Assembly (NCBI GenBank): GCA_046313635.1
Contig: JBKBYA010000001.1
Location: 64,001-128,000, forward strand
Source: Pyrinomonadaceae bacterium
GTDB lineage: Bacteria; Acidobacteriota; Blastocatellia; Pyrinomonadales; Pyrinomonadaceae
DNA length: 64,000 bases
Direction: 5' to 3'
Shown: positions 22,365-33,304 of the stretch, piece by piece
How positions within the stretch are numbered: the stretch's first letter is position 1
How the letters are laid out: the number at the start of each line of letters is the position of its first letter
The notes under the pieces: model-generated
What the model was told of the DNA's origin: nothing
Databases searched by the model: none
Seen by the model: the letters and a program-made list of their open reading frames with translations, nothing else
Translations under genes and position numbers: made by a program

Positions 22365-23776
22365 TTGTTTGTCAGCTCCGGCAGGTTTGCGGCACGCATG
22401 ATCTCGACGCGGGCGAGGTACGCCTCGAGCTGCGCGTCGATGTAGCCCATCTCGGTATCGATGAAGCGGTGGTGCTCGGCGATGTAATCGAGCAGCGACT
22501 TTTCGCCGATCTCGTACGTCTGCCTGATCACGTCGAGATTGGCCGCGGCCTGCTCGCGAACTCCCACTCGATAGATCTCGGCGGCCCGCAGCGCGCGGTC
22601 GTATCGCGCGTAGGCCGACGCGACCTCGCGGCGAATGGTCAGCTCGCCAAACTCTCGCCGGCTGCGCGCGGCATCCTCCTCGAGCTTGGCCGCGGCGACC
22701 ATTCCCTGATTGCGGTTAAAGACCGGCAGGTTGAGCTTCACGCCGAAGGTGAAGAATTGGGATCTGCTCTCGATCGGCACAAGCAGGCCCGTCGCCTCGT
22801 CCATTCCCATTTGCGGAAAGCCCGACTTCATACGCTGCCAGCCGAGCATCACGTCGGCGTCGACGCGGCCCTCGGCCCGCGCCTGCGCGCGGCGGGCGGC
22901 GGCGAGCTCCTCGACGGCGCGTGCACCGGCAAGATCGGGCCGCGTCCGCAGAGCGCGCTCGAGCGCCTCTGCTTGAGCGACGGCGAATGGCCGTGCGACG
23001 AGATCGTCAAAGCTGCCCGCGAGCCTGAGCGGCTCTTCGGGCGCAAGACCGATCACGTTGCGCAGCTCGAGCATCCGCTGCTCGACGGCGCTCTCGCCGG
23101 TCTCTCGCAGCGCGCGTATGCGGTTTACCTCGACGGTCTCGATATTCTGCTCGAGCGGCGCCTTGCGTCCCTCGGCGACCTGCTCGGCGGTGAGGTTGAG
23201 ATGCTGCACGTTGGCGGTCAGTATCTCCTCGACAAACATCAGCTTGTAGATCGCCGCAAGCGCCTCGCCAAATTTCGTACGCACCTCGGCGGCGATCTGC
23301 CGCTCGCGTTCGGCCGCGGCCTGGCGGCGGATCTCGAGCTCTCGCTCGGCGACGCGCGTCCGCGCCTGGCGCCGGCCGCCGAGCTCGAGCGGCACGCCGC
23401 CCTCGACCATAAAAGTGTTGTCGCCCATCCCGCCGATCTCGCGCTCGCCGCGCACCTCGAGCGACGGATTTGCGCGCAGCCGGGCCTGGCGTACGAGGGC
23501 CTCGCCCGCGGCCGCCTCTCTGCGCATCGCCTCGAGCTCGGCATTGCCCGCGATCGCGAGACGGACGAGCTCGTCGACCGTCTTGCCGGCCCGCGAGCCG
23601 GTCGCTCCTGCGGCCGTGCCGATGTCGAGATACTTTTTGACCGAATTGTCGGCCGTCAGCATCGACCGCATCGAGTGCTGTGCGGCGGCCGTGATCGACA
23701 TTGCGAGCACGAGGCCCAAGACCGACACGAGCGCGGCGGCCGCTCTGGGTTTGGCGTGCGACAGGGCGGTCATCAT
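22361..23776 (-). CDS. TolC-family outer membrane efflux protein (CzcC-like)
   Basis: Signal peptide from MMTALS; 'ANPSL', 'RPDL', 'LPVFNRNQG'; start overlaps the cusA stop. Confidence 0.85.
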   Translation of the reverse strand: MMTALSHAKPRAAAALVSVLGLVLAMSITAAAQHSMRSMLTADNSVKKYLDIGTAAGATGSRAGKTVDELVRLAIAGNAELEAMRREAAAGEALVRQARLRANPSLEVRGEREIGGMGDNTFMVEGGVPLELGGRRQARTRVAERELEIRRQAAAERERQIAAEVRTKFGEALAAIYKLMFVEEILTANVQHLNLTAEQVAEGRKAPLEQNIETVEVNRIRALRETGESAVEQRMLELRNVIGLAPEEPLRLAGSFDDLVARPFAVAQAEALERALRTRPDLAGARAVEELAAARRAQARAEGRVDADVMLGWQRMKSGFPQMGMDEATGLLVPIESRSQFFTFGVKLNLPVFNRNQGMVAAAKLEEDAARSRREFGELTIRREVASAYARYDRALRAAEIYRVGVREQAAANLDVIRQTYEIGEKSLLDYIAEHHRFIDTEMGYIDAQLEAYLARVEIMRAANLPELTNK

Positions 23777-26700
23777 CACGCTGCCTCCTTTTGTTCGTGC
23801 TTCAGACGATGCAGCTGCATCCAGTAAAAAATGACCGGCGTCACGATCAGCACATGGACCAGGCTCGAGACCATGCCGCCAAAGACGGGCGTCGCCAGCG
23901 GGCGCATCACCTCGGCTCCGGCCCCTGTGCTCCACATTATCGGCAGCAGCCCGGCGACGATCGTCGTCACGGTCATCACCTTTGGCCGCAGACGCAGCAG
24001 AGCGCCCTCGGTCACGGCCTCGAGCAGCGTCTCGCGATCGAGCTGCCCGAGCTCGGCCCGCTTGCGGGCCACCGCTTCCTCGAGATATACGACCATCACA
24101 ATTCCCGTCTGCACGGCCGCACCAAAGAGCGCGATAAAGCCGACCCACACCGCGACCGAAAAGTTGTACTCGAGCATCCAGAGCAGGTAAAAGCCGCCGG
24201 TCAGCGCAAACGGCACGGCGAGCAGCACGTGCGCCGCCTCGAGAAAGGAGTTGTACGTCAGGTAAAGGGTCGCAAAGATGATCAGGAGGACGACCGGTAC
24301 GACGATCATCAGCCGCGAGCGTGCCCGCTGCTGATTCTCGTACTGGCCGCTCCACGCAAAGTAATAGCCGGCCGGCAGACGCAGGCGCGACTTGATCGCG
24401 GCGTCTGCCTCGTCGACAAAGCCGCCAATATCGCGGCCGCGGACGCTCAGCAGCACCGTTCCCCGCAGCAGGCCGTTCTCGCTGGTGATCATCGCGGGCC
24501 CGTCCGTCTTGCGGATCGAGGCAAGCTCGGCAAGCGGGATCGCGGCCCCGCTCTGCGACGTGACGGGGATCTGCGCGATCGCCTCAGGCGTCGCTCTAAA
24601 TTCCGGCGCGTATCGTACCCGGATCGGAAAGCGGCTGCGGCCCTCGATCGTGACCGTCAGGTTGCTCTCGCCGATCCCTTTCTCGATCACCTCCTGTATG
24701 GTCGCGACGTCGATGCCGTACCGGGCGGCCGCCTGGCGGTCGACGTCGATATCGATATACGGGGCACCGCCGATCTGCTCAGGATAGACGTCGGCGGCCC
24801 CCGGCACGTCCCGCACGACATCGGCTATCTGCCGCGAGACCTGCTCGAGCGTGTCGAGATCGTTGCCAAAGATCTTGATCCCGACCTGCGAGCGTATGCC
24901 GGTGGCGAGCATCTCGATGCGATTGATGATCGGCTGCGTCCAGATATTGGTGACGCCCGGCATCCTGAGCGCGGCGTCCATCTCGGCGATGAGCCTCTCG
25001 CGGGTCATGCCGTCGCGCCATTCACTCTCTGGTTTGAGGTGAATGACGGTCTCATTCATATTGATCGGCGCCGGGTCGGTCGACGTCTCGGCCCGCCCGG
25101 CCTTGCCGACGGCCCAAGCGACCTCGGGAAACGCCTGTATGATCTCATTCTGCTTGCTCATTATCCGCGTCGCCTCGTCGAGAGAGATGCCCGGGTCTGT
25201 CACCGGCATATACATAAGATCGCCCTCGTTGAGCGGCGGCATGAATTCGCTGCCGATCTGCGTCGTGGCGACCATCGCACCGGCAAAGAACAGCGCCGCG
25301 AGACCGACCGTCGCTGCACGGTGACGCAGCGCCTTGACGAGCAGCGGCTTATAGATACTGCGCAGGCAGCGCATGATCGGATTGGCCTCTTCGGGTTTGA
25401 GCTTGCCCTTGAGCAGATAGCCGCACAGCACCGGGACGAGCGTCACGGCCATAAAGGCCGCCGCGACCATCGCGAACGTCTTTGTGTAAGCCAGCGGGTG
25501 AAACAGCTTGCCCTCCTGGCCGGTGAGAGCAAAGACAGGGATAAAAGCGACGACGATGATCGCCGTGGACGAAAAGATCGGCCGGCCGATGACCTTTGTC
25601 GCCTCGCTGACGACCCGCCATACGCTCCGGCGGTCGGAGGTGTCGACGCCCTCCTTTTCGAGCGCCCGATACGCATTCTCGGTCACGACGATGCCGGCGT
25701 CGACGAGGTCCGATACCGCGATCGCGATGCCGGCGAGCGACATGATGTTTGACGTCACTCCCCAAAAGTACATGAAAAGAAACGAGACGAGCGCCGCGAG
25801 CGGCAGCGGGATCGTAACGACAAAGACCGACCGGAAGTGCGCGAGAAAGATCAGGTTGACGAGCGTCACGAGAATGAACTCTTCGATCAGCGCCTCCTTC
25901 AGCGTATCGGCCGTGCGGTAGATCAGCTCCGTCCGGTCGTAGAACGGAACGATCTCGACGCCCTCGGGCAGACCCGGCTTGATCTCCTCGATCTTTTTCT
26001 TGATCGCCTCGATCGCCTCGAGCGCGCTGACGCCGTAGCGCATTATCACGACGCCGCCGACGGCCTCCTTGCCGTTCTTGTCGAGCGAGCCCGTGCGAAA
26101 GGCGTTGCCGATCTTTACCTCGGCGACGTTGCGGACGTATACGGGCGTTCCCGCACTCGACCCGATGACGATATTCTCGACATCGGCGACCGACTCAACC
26201 AGACCGATGCCGCGAACGACCGCCCATTCGCCCGCCTGCTCGACGACGTTGCCGCCGACGTTGTTATTCGAACGCTGAACCGCCTCGACGACCCTCGAAA
26301 GCGGGATGCCGTAGGCCCGGAGCCGGTTGGGGTCGACCTCGATCTGGTACTGCTGCACGTAGCCGCCCACGCTCGCAACCTCTGCAATGCCCGGTACAGA
26401 ATTGAGCTGGTAACGTACAAACCAATCCTGCAGCGTGCGCAGGTCGCGCAGGCTGTGCCTGTCAGAATCGAGCGTGTACCAATAGACCTGGCCGAGTCCC
26501 GACGCGTCGGGCCCGAGCGTCGGCGTCACGCCCGCCGGCAGCTGGCGTGCGACGAGATTGAGCCTTTCGAGTATCCGGGTGCGGGCCCAGTACAGCTCCA
26601 CGTCATCCTCAAAGATCACGTTGACCATCGAAAAGCTGAAGGCCGAGCTCGCCCTCACCGTCCGCACGCCCGGCAGGCCCTGAAGATTGGTGACGAGCGG

Positions 26701-26901
26701 ATATGTGATCTGATCCTCGACCTCCTTGGGAGAGCGGCCCGGCCAGTCGGTAAAGACGATGACCTGATTGTCAGAGACGTCGGGTATCGCGTCGATGGGC
26801 GTCCTGGTCAGGGCCCAGTAACCGGCCGCAGCGATCGCGATATAGATCCCAATCACGATGACGCGATTTTTGATCGACCACTCGATTAGCCAGTTGATCA
26901 T
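23776..26901 (-). CDS. cusA: CusA/CzcA family heavy-metal RND permease
   Basis: '[12 protein letters not shown]', '[10 protein letters not shown]', 'RLRPKVMT'; Met-rich CusA-type residues. Confidence 0.9.
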   Translation of the reverse strand: MINWLIEWSIKNRVIVIGIYIAIAAAGYWALTRTPIDAIPDVSDNQVIVFTDWPGRSPKEVEDQITYPLVTNLQGLPGVRTVRASSAFSFSMVNVIFEDDVELYWARTRILERLNLVARQLPAGVTPTLGPDASGLGQVYWYTLDSDRHSLRDLRTLQDWFVRYQLNSVPGIAEVASVGGYVQQYQIEVDPNRLRAYGIPLSRVVEAVQRSNNNVGGNVVEQAGEWAVVRGIGLVESVADVENIVIGSSAGTPVYVRNVAEVKIGNAFRTGSLDKNGKEAVGGVVIMRYGVSALEAIEAIKKKIEEIKPGLPEGVEIVPFYDRTELIYRTADTLKEALIEEFILVTLVNLIFLAHFRSVFVVTIPLPLAALVSFLFMYFWGVTSNIMSLAGIAIAVSDLVDAGIVVTENAYRALEKEGVDTSDRRSVWRVVSEATKVIGRPIFSSTAIIVVAFIPVFALTGQEGKLFHPLAYTKTFAMVAAAFMAVTLVPVLCGYLLKGKLKPEEANPIMRCLRSIYKPLLVKALRHRAATVGLAALFFAGAMVATTQIGSEFMPPLNEGDLMYMPVTDPGISLDEATRIMSKQNEIIQAFPEVAWAVGKAGRAETSTDPAPINMNETVIHLKPESEWRDGMTRERLIAEMDAALRMPGVTNIWTQPIINRIEMLATGIRSQVGIKIFGNDLDTLEQVSRQIADVVRDVPGAADVYPEQIGGAPYIDIDVDRQAAARYGIDVATIQEVIEKGIGESNLTVTIEGRSRFPIRVRYAPEFRATPEAIAQIPVTSQSGAAIPLAELASIRKTDGPAMITSENGLLRGTVLLSVRGRDIGGFVDEADAAIKSRLRLPAGYYFAWSGQYENQQRARSRLMIVVPVVLLIIFATLYLTYNSFLEAAHVLLAVPFALTGGFYLLWMLEYNFSVAVWVGFIALFGAAVQTGIVMVVYLEEAVARKRAELGQLDRETLLEAVTEGALLRLRPKVMTVTTIVAGLLPIMWSTGAGAEVMRPLATPVFGGMVSSLVHVLIVTPVIFYWMQLHRLKHEQKEAA

Positions 26902-26959
26902 TTGCCAGCCTCAGTGCCGCGCGGGCGGCGGCGGATGTACCGCCGCCGCTCCGCGGGAC

Positions 26960-27655
26960 CTATTTTTTCTCCTCGCCCTTCCATTGCGCTTTCCACTTGG
27001 CCATCATCTCGATCTCGCCGGTCTGGGCGCGGATGATGTCGTCGGCGAGCTTTTTGATCTCGGGACGCGACGCTTTTTTCAACGCGTCCTTTGACATCTC
27101 GACGGCTCCCTCGTGGTGCTGCGTCATCATGTTCAAAAAGTGAATGTCAAAATGATCGGGCTCCATCGAGTCCATATCGCGGATATGCGAGCTCGTCATC
27201 ATCGCCATGCCGCCGGCCATCCCGGGCAGCTCCATATTCAGCGCCGAGGGCTTGCCTGCAAACCACTCGTCGCGCCAGCGCCGCATCTGCTCGATCTCTT
27301 TTTTCTGATCGTCGATGATCTTTTGCGCGAACTGCTTGAGCTCTTGCCGACGGGTCTTGCCGATGACCATGTTGGCCATCTCGATCGCGCCGTCGTGATG
27401 GTGGATCATCGAGTCGATGAACTGCAGGTCGTACGGCTGCTCGGCCGCTCCCGGGGCGGTGACGGCGTCGGCCATTTTCGACATGTCGTGCCCCTTCATA
27501 TTCGACATATCGTGGCCTGAGTGATCGGCCGAATCGGCATTGTTGACCGCCGCGCTGTTTGAATGCGCGGCGGCGTTTTCGTTCGATCGATTCTGGCACG
27601 CGGCGCCCGCCAGCGCGACCGCGAGTGCGACGATCATCGTGGGTATTGGCTTCAT
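26960..27655 (-). CDS. DUF305 (CopM-like) His/Met-rich lipoprotein
   Basis: Lipobox AGAAC; 'FIDSMIHHHDGAIEMA' and 'MMTQHHEGAVEMS'. Confidence 0.85.
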   Translation of the reverse strand: MKPIPTMIVALAVALAGAACQNRSNENAAAHSNSAAVNNADSADHSGHDMSNMKGHDMSKMADAVTAPGAAEQPYDLQFIDSMIHHHDGAIEMANMVIGKTRRQELKQFAQKIIDDQKKEIEQMRRWRDEWFAGKPSALNMELPGMAGGMAMMTSSHIRDMDSMEPDHFDIHFLNMMTQHHEGAVEMSKDALKKASRPEIKKLADDIIRAQTGEIEMMAKWKAQWKGEEKK

Positions 27656-27667
27656 TGATCGTCCTCC

Positions 27668-28093
27668 TTACTGCGCGGTGATCGGAATGTTGGCCTTGCC
27701 CTTGCCGGCGGGGCCGTCGTAGGTGATCTGGGCCTGCCACTCGCCGCCCATCTCGAGGTCGACCTTGCCCGCATAAACGCCGGGCGTCGATGTCGTCGTA
27801 AAGGTCGCCGGATTATTCATCACGGGCATGGTGCCCATCGCGGGCATATGAAAGTTGAGCGCGACCGAGCCGACGTCGACCGGCTTGCCCGACGCGTCTG
27901 TAAAAGTGAGGGTGAAATCCTGCTTGCCTTTTTTGAGCACGCCGTCGGCGCTCGAGAGCGTCGCCGTCAGGTTGTTGCCTGCCGGGCCGCTCTTGATGGT
28001 CTTGCCGGCCGGCCCGCTGCCCGAGCCCGCGCCGCACGCCGCCGCAAGAGCGGCGATCGCCAGGATCAGAATGGATACATACGTTTTTTTCAT
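27668..28093 (-). CDS. FixH/YtkA-like lipoprotein
   Basis: SD GAGGAG; lipobox LAAAC; 'HMPAMG', 'GVYAG..MGGEW'. Confidence 0.75.
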   Translation of the reverse strand: MKKTYVSILILAIAALAAACGAGSGSGPAGKTIKSGPAGNNLTATLSSADGVLKKGKQDFTLTFTDASGKPVDVGSVALNFHMPAMGTMPVMNNPATFTTTSTPGVYAGKVDLEMGGEWQAQITYDGPAGKGKANIPITAQ

Positions 28094-28269
28094 ATCGATA
28101 CTCCTCTTTGAATTGTCTATGTCTAGGCCCAACGGCGTCTGCCCGAACGACCGCCGACCGACGACGTATCGAGCGAGTTCACCGTGATTAGTACAACGGA
28201 CGAAAGGCACGCTGTCGGGCGCAGGCAGACCCCGCGCGCAAGGCGTGCGCTATCGCAGTGATTCGGTGT

Positions 28270-28668
28270 TTAGATCAGAAGGGAATGGTGGCGCAGGTAG
28301 AGGTCGGGAGGTCGTGAGTGCCTGAGACGATGGCCGGCCGCGGGAGACGGTGGTGTAAATGTCGACGCCGCGACGACCGGATCCCAGATCGGCCTGACCG
28401 CTACGTCGACGACCGGGACTTTTGTCTTTAATTTGACGGCCGCGGTATCGGCGGCTTTTCCGTGAGGCGGCCTTTCACCTCGTGACATACTGCAATCGGT
28501 ATCGCAGCAGTCTTTTGATTTGACGTTCGTGATCTTGGTCCTGCTCTTTTTGCAGCACGAATGCGCGGCCCGGCCCTTTCGCTCGAGATCGAAGCACCCG
28601 CACACGCCGCCGAGCGCGTGCCCGGCGAGCGTCAGGATAAAGAACAAAATTGCGAATCGCTTTAACAT
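28270..28668 (-). CDS. Cys-rich exported leader protein with C-terminal RPP motif (DUF2946/CruR/CutF-like)
   Basis: Signal peptide; CGC, CC and CCDTDC; C-terminus HSRPPDLYLRHHSLLI; first gene of the metal efflux operon. Confidence 0.65.
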   Translation of the reverse strand: MLKRFAILFFILTLAGHALGGVCGCFDLERKGRAAHSCCKKSRTKITNVKSKDCCDTDCSMSRGERPPHGKAADTAAVKLKTKVPVVDVAVRPIWDPVVAASTFTPPSPAAGHRLRHSRPPDLYLRHHSLLI

Positions 28669-28871
28669 CCGACCAAGTCAGCAATATGATGCCGCGCCCG
28701 CGCACCTGTCAAGCGGCCGCCCGCGCGTCTTGATATGTTTTTATCAACGCCCGTGCCCGCGATCTCGGTCGTCTTCGCAGGCCTGATCTCCGGAGCTTCG
28801 GTCCGGCCGCGATGCCACGGTCCCGATCTTCAACGCGTAAATAGACGCTTACCCAGCGCAAAACCTCGCGC

Positions 28872-30323
28872 CTATTTTCCGATGCAAAAGGTCGAGAAGA
28901 TGCGTGTCAGCATGTCCTCGGTCGTCGTCTCGCCGGTGATCTGGCCGAGGTAGCGGAGGGCGTTGTGGAGGCCGACGAGCGTGATCTCCTCGCTCGTGCG
29001 CGCATCGAGCAGCTCGATCGAACTTTCGACCTCGCCCAGCGCGCGGCGGAGCAGGTCGTGATGCCGCGCGTCGGTGACGAGAAAGCCCGCCTCGGCCGCC
29101 GCGTCGCCGCCCGCAAAAGGCGAGATCATCGCCGTCTCGAGCTCGTCGATGCCGGCGCCCGTTGTCGCGGAAACCGGGACGACTGCGGATTTCGGATTTC
29201 GGATTTCGGATTTGATGGAAGAGACAAAGACGTCGAGATCCGTCGACGTGCCGCTCGTATCCGCCTGCTCTTTCGGAAATCCGAAATCCGAAATCCGCAA
29301 TCCGAAACCAGCGGTAAGCAGGTCGATCTTGTTCAGCGCGATCAGATGATCGAGCTCGGCGACCGAGGCGAGAATGTCGCGGTCCTCCGCGGTCAGCGGC
29401 TGCGACGCGTCGAGGACGACGATGACGAGATCGGCGTCGGCCATCGTGCGGCGTGCGCGCTCGACGCCGATGCTTTCGACCGTGTCGCTCGTCTCGCGCA
29501 GCCCGGCGGTGTCGATCAGCGATATCGGAATGTTGTCGATCGTGAACTGCTCGTGGATCTGGTCGCGCGTCGTGCCGGCGATATCGGTCACGATCGCTCG
29601 GTCGCTGCCGACGAGCGCGTTAAAGAGGCTCGACTTGCCGACATTCGGACGGCCGACGATCGCGACGCGGATGCCTTCGCGGATCAGTTTGCCGGCTCTA
29701 AAGGTCTCGGCGATCTTCGCGATCGACCCGGCGATATTTCGAAGCTTTGTCTTGACGCCCTCGGCCTGCACGTCGGGCAGATCGTCCTCGACAAACTCGA
29801 GCGCCGACTCGAGCACGACGATCACGTCGAGCAGCTCGTCCTTGATCGGCTGCAGGCGATGCGAGAATTCGCCGCTCATCTGCCGCACGGCCTGACGGGC
29901 CGAAGCGACGGTCCGCGCGTCGATCAGGTCGCGGATCGCCTCGGCCTCGGCGAGATCGATGCGGCCGTTTGCGAGTGCGCGAAGCGTGAATTCGCCCGGC
30001 TCGGCCATCCGCGCATCGAGAGCCAGAGCGATGTCGATCACCTGCCGCAGCAGCACGGGCGAGCCGTGACAGCTGATCTCGACGACGTCCTCGCCGGTGA
30101 ACGAATGCGGGGCTTTGAAGTATGTGATGACGGCCTCGTCGATCGTCTCGTTCGAATCCGGATCGACGAGCCGCTTGAGATGCGCGACGCGAGGCCGCGG
30201 ATCAAAATTCGGATCGCCCGTCAGCTTGCGCGTTATATCCAGTGCCGCGCCGCCGCTCAGGCGCACGACGCCGATGCCGCTGCGGCCCGCAGGTGTCGCC
30301 AATGCTGCGATCGTGTCGCTCAT
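28872..30323 (-). CDS. mnmE: tRNA modification GTPase MnmE (with in-frame repeat insertion)
   Basis: DTIAALATP, GRPNVGKSS, GTTRD, DTAG, NKID, IFSTFCIGK. Confidence 0.97.
   Translation of the reverse strand: MSDTIAALATPAGRSGIGVVRLSGGAALDITRKLTGDPNFDPRPRVAHLKRLVDPDSNETIDEAVITYFKAPHSFTGEDVVEISCHGSPVLLRQVIDIALALDARMAEPGEFTLRALANGRIDLAEAEAIRDLIDARTVASARQAVRQMSGEFSHRLQPIKDELLDVIVVLESALEFVEDDLPDVQAEGVKTKLRNIAGSIAKIAETFRAGKLIREGIRVAIVGRPNVGKSSLFNALVGSDRAIVTDIAGTTRDQIHEQFTIDNIPISLIDTAGLRETSDTVESIGVERARRTMADADLVIVVLDASQPLTAEDRDILASVAELDHLIALNKIDLLTAGFGLRISDFGFPKEQADTSGTSTDLDVFVSSIKSEIRNPKSAVVPVSATTGAGIDELETAMISPFAGGDAAAEAGFLVTDARHHDLLRRALGEVESSIELLDARTSEEITLVGLHNALRYLGQITGETTTEDMLTRIFSTFCIGK
29184..29309. 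repeat. Inverted ATTTCGG/CCGAAAT heptamer cassette inside mnmE
   Basis: (GGATTTC)n at 29184-29214 and (AAATCCG)n at 29277-29309. Confidence 0.9.
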
Positions 30324-30482
30324 AGTCGGAAGTCAGAATACAGAAGAAAGTAGTCAGTAGTCAGCAGCCGGTAGTCAGAACACAAAAGTCGGAAATCAGA
30401 AACGGGGATTCGATCTGAATCCCCGCGGGCTGCCGTCTTCTGCTTTCTGTCTACTGTCTACTGACTACCGACTACTGTCTAC
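30324..30482. repeat. Inverted AGTCAG/CTGACT-type heptamer cassette between jag and mnmE
   Basis: agtcaga/agtagtc units on the left; ctactgt/ctgacta units on the right. Confidence 0.75.
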
Positions 30483-30490
30483 CCAACGAC

Positions 30491-30940
30491 TTACTTCAAC
30501 CGGACCTGCAGCCGCCGCTCGCGGCCGGCGCCGACGGACTCGGTGTGCAGGTCGTCTTCTTCGGCGAGCGTCGTATGGATGATGCGCCGCTCGGTCGAGT
30601 TGAGCACGCCGAAGGTGAAAGGCACGCCGTTCTTGCGGACCTGATTGGCCGCAAATTTCGCCATCGCGTGGAGCTCTGCCTTGCGCGTCTTGCGAAAGCC
30701 GTCGGCGTCGCAGACGAACCGCTGCGAACGGTCGAGCTCGCGCCCGAAGGCCTGGAACAAAATGGTCTCGAACGCGTCGAGCAGCTCGCCGTTCTCGGCC
30801 AGCGCGAGATGCGAATCTTCGCCTTTGAGATCGATGTGACAACCCTCCTCGGTCCATTCGCCCTCGGCCTTGAGCTGCAGGCGCATATCGCCGAGCACAT
30901 CGCTCAAAAATTCGGTTGCGGTTTGGCAGGTATCACTCAT
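30491..30940 (-). CDS. jag: Jag/EloR (KhpB) KH-R3H RNA-binding protein, short form lacking Jag_N
   Basis: 'ENGELLDA', 'ERRIIH..L', 'TESVGAGRERR'; position between yidC and mnmE. Confidence 0.85.
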   Translation of the reverse strand: MSDTCQTATEFLSDVLGDMRLQLKAEGEWTEEGCHIDLKGEDSHLALAENGELLDAFETILFQAFGRELDRSQRFVCDADGFRKTRKAELHAMAKFAANQVRKNGVPFTFGVLNSTERRIIHTTLAEEDDLHTESVGAGRERRLQVRLK

Positions 30941-30949
30941 AGTCGTAGA

Positions 30950-31035
30950 AAGTTAAAGAGTGAAAAAGTTAAAAGGTGAAAAAGTTTGAAGGTTAACGTC
31001 GAGTCCTACTTTTTTTCCTTTTTCACATTTTCACA
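30950..31035. repeat. Inverted TGAAAAG/TTTTCAC-type repeat cassette between yidC and jag
   Basis: agttaaa/gtgaaaa units on the left; ttttcac units on the right. Confidence 0.65.
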
Positions 31036-31043
31036 TCGCCGCA

Positions 31044-32990
31044 TTACGAAGCGCTCAGCTTCGGCTTGACCTTTTTGGCGTTGGCCGGCACCTTGTCGAC
31101 GACCTCGGCCGTCCCCGCCGGCGGCTCGCTGGTCTTGTTCAGACGATTGATCAGCATCTGCTGGCCAAAGCTGACGACGTTGCCAAAGAACCAGTAAAGC
31201 AGCAGACCCGACGGCGCCGTCCACATCACCCACAGCATCATGACCGGCATCAGATAGGTCATCATCTTTTGCTGCATCTGCTGCTCGGGCGTGACGGTCG
31301 CCGTGGTCGGCGTGAACTTCATCGCGAGCACCATCGACGCGGCAAACGCAAATTCGAGAATGTGCCACGGGTCGCCCGCCGACAGATCGGGCAGCCACAG
31401 GAACGACGCCTGCCGCACCTCGAGCGAGACCGTCACCGCCGTGTAAAACGCGAGCAGAAGCGGGAACTGCAGGAGCATCGGCAGACAGCCGCCGATCGGC
31501 AGCGCGTCCTTGGTCAGACGGAGCTGCTCCATCTGCAGCTGACGCATACGCGGGTCGTCGAGCGGCACGCCCTTCTTTTGCATCTCCTTGATCTTGTCCT
31601 GGATCTCCTTCATCTTCGGCGCGTTGCCCGACGCCTTTTTGAAGGATTTGGACTGCGACCACCGAAGCGGGAAGAGCAGCGAGTAGAACAAGAACGTAAA
31701 GACGATGATCGCGACGCCGTAATTGTGCGTAACCGCGTTGAGGAAATTCAGCGCGTAAAGGATCGGGATCGACAGCGGCTTGGTCAGCCAGCGCAGCCAC
31801 CAGTAGTTGCTGAAGTTGATCAGGTTGACGAGGCTGATCTCGCGGCCCACCGATGCGGTGATCTGATCGTCGAGACTGTTGAGCAGAAAGTAATCCTTGG
31901 TCCCGGTGTAGATCTTGGTCGGCGAAGAACCGTCGGTCGCGACCGGCAGGTACGCGCTCACTAGATGCCGCGTCTCGACCATCTTGGGACTGCGGATCGC
32001 CCATTGAAAGATCGTCTCGTAAACCGGCTTGATATCGACGTCGTACGCCGCCGCTCGATACTCGACCGCCTGCACCGGCTGCGACGGTATCGCGACCATC
32101 GCAAAGTATGCGTCACCGACGCCGACCCAGTCGATATTGCCGTTGTCGGTCAGCGTCGCCGTCTTGTCGGCGCCGTATGTGAACGAGTAATAGCCCTGAT
32201 GACGCTTGATGTCGCCATTCACCGCCGCGACGGCCTCTGATTCGATGTGATAGAGATTGTGGTGATTGATGCCGTGATCGCCGATGCTCGGGCCGATCAG
32301 AAGGCGAGTGTTGGGAACCGGCTGGCCATTCTGCCGTAGCGTCAGGTTGAGGTCGGCAAGATAGCTCTCGGCGCGGAACGTGAAGACCTTTTTGACCTCA
32401 ACGCCCGTCGCCGGGTCGGTCATCATGAATTCGATCTGACGCTCCTGGCCGTCGGCGAGCGTGATCGTGTCTTCGGTCGCGGAGATCTGGTAGTTGCGGT
32501 CGTTGACCAGGTTGTTCAAATTCTGGTCGGCGGTCTCGAGACGAAAAGGCGCGAGCCGCGCATCACGCTTCAGCCCCTCTTGCGAGATCAGCTCGAGCGG
32601 CCGCTCGTCCGTGCCGTTGGAGCCGTCGGCGTAAACCGCAAAATCTCCTTTCGGGCCCTTGTTCCTCGTGATGACCCAGCTCGTCGCGACGGCGCCTTTT
32701 GAATCGAGCTTCACCTCGTAAAGCGGCGACTTGATCGTGACCGTGCGATTCGGGACCGTGTCGGGCTGCGGCGTCTGCGCCGCGGCCGGAATCGGAGCCT
32801 GCAAAGCCTGCTGCGGCGTCGGCTGAGGCGTCGCCTGCGACTGCTCGGCGGTGTTCGCGGCGGTATTCGAATTTTGGTTCTCCGTTCTTTTCGGTGCGAA
32901 GAGGTACGACCACGCAGTGAGGACGACCAGCGACAGGACCATCGCGATCAGGAAACGGGACTGATTGTTGTTATTGCTTTGTTGTTCCAC
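31044..32990 (-). CDS. yidC: Membrane protein insertase YidC
   Basis: N-terminal TM; periplasmic domain; 'NYGVAII', 'GGCLPMLLQFP', 'GLLLYW'. Confidence 0.95.
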   Translation of the reverse strand: MEQQSNNNNQSRFLIAMVLSLVVLTAWSYLFAPKRTENQNSNTAANTAEQSQATPQPTPQQALQAPIPAAAQTPQPDTVPNRTVTIKSPLYEVKLDSKGAVATSWVITRNKGPKGDFAVYADGSNGTDERPLELISQEGLKRDARLAPFRLETADQNLNNLVNDRNYQISATEDTITLADGQERQIEFMMTDPATGVEVKKVFTFRAESYLADLNLTLRQNGQPVPNTRLLIGPSIGDHGINHHNLYHIESEAVAAVNGDIKRHQGYYSFTYGADKTATLTDNGNIDWVGVGDAYFAMVAIPSQPVQAVEYRAAAYDVDIKPVYETIFQWAIRSPKMVETRHLVSAYLPVATDGSSPTKIYTGTKDYFLLNSLDDQITASVGREISLVNLINFSNYWWLRWLTKPLSIPILYALNFLNAVTHNYGVAIIVFTFLFYSLLFPLRWSQSKSFKKASGNAPKMKEIQDKIKEMQKKGVPLDDPRMRQLQMEQLRLTKDALPIGGCLPMLLQFPLLLAFYTAVTVSLEVRQASFLWLPDLSAGDPWHILEFAFAASMVLAMKFTPTTATVTPEQQMQQKMMTYLMPVMMLWVMWTAPSGLLLYWFFGNVVSFGQQMLINRLNKTSEPPAGTAEVVDKVPANAKKVKPKLSAS

Positions 32991-32991
32991 A

Positions 32992-33087
32992 ATTTCGAAT
33001 GCGGAATTCGGAATTCGGAATGCGGAGTTGAGACGCCGTCAGATCCCTGTCTGGCCCAAATCCGAAATCCGAGATCCGAAATCCAAT
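32992..33087. repeat. Inverted TTCGGAA/AAATCCG heptamer cassette between yidD and yidC
   Basis: gcggaattcggaattcggaatgcgga ... aaatccgaaatccgagatccgaaatcc. Confidence 0.88.
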
Positions 33088-33088
33088 A

Positions 33089-33298
33089 TCACCTCACCGG
33101 ATCATAGCCGCCTTTGCAAAACGGCTGGCACCTTAGGATACGCCTGATGCCCATCCACGTTCCGCGCAGGGCCCCGTATTTCTCGACCGCGTCGCGGGCA
33201 TATTCCGAACAGGTCGGCTTAAAGCGGCACGCCGGCGGCAAAAATGGCGAGAGAAACGTTTTGTAAAGGCCGATCAGGTCGATAACCAAATACTTCAT
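33089..33298 (-). CDS. yidD: Membrane protein insertion efficiency factor YidD
   Basis: '[10 protein letters not shown]', '[14 protein letters not shown]'. Confidence 0.95.
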   Translation of the reverse strand: MKYLVIDLIGLYKTFLSPFLPPACRFKPTCSEYARDAVEKYGALRGTWMGIRRILRCQPFCKGGYDPVR

Positions 33299-33304
33299 CG
33301 CCGT

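Noticed and set aside
23777..24355. Long N-terminal extension of the TolC ORF
   Set aside because: It overlaps cusA in another frame; the signal peptide begins at about 23776.
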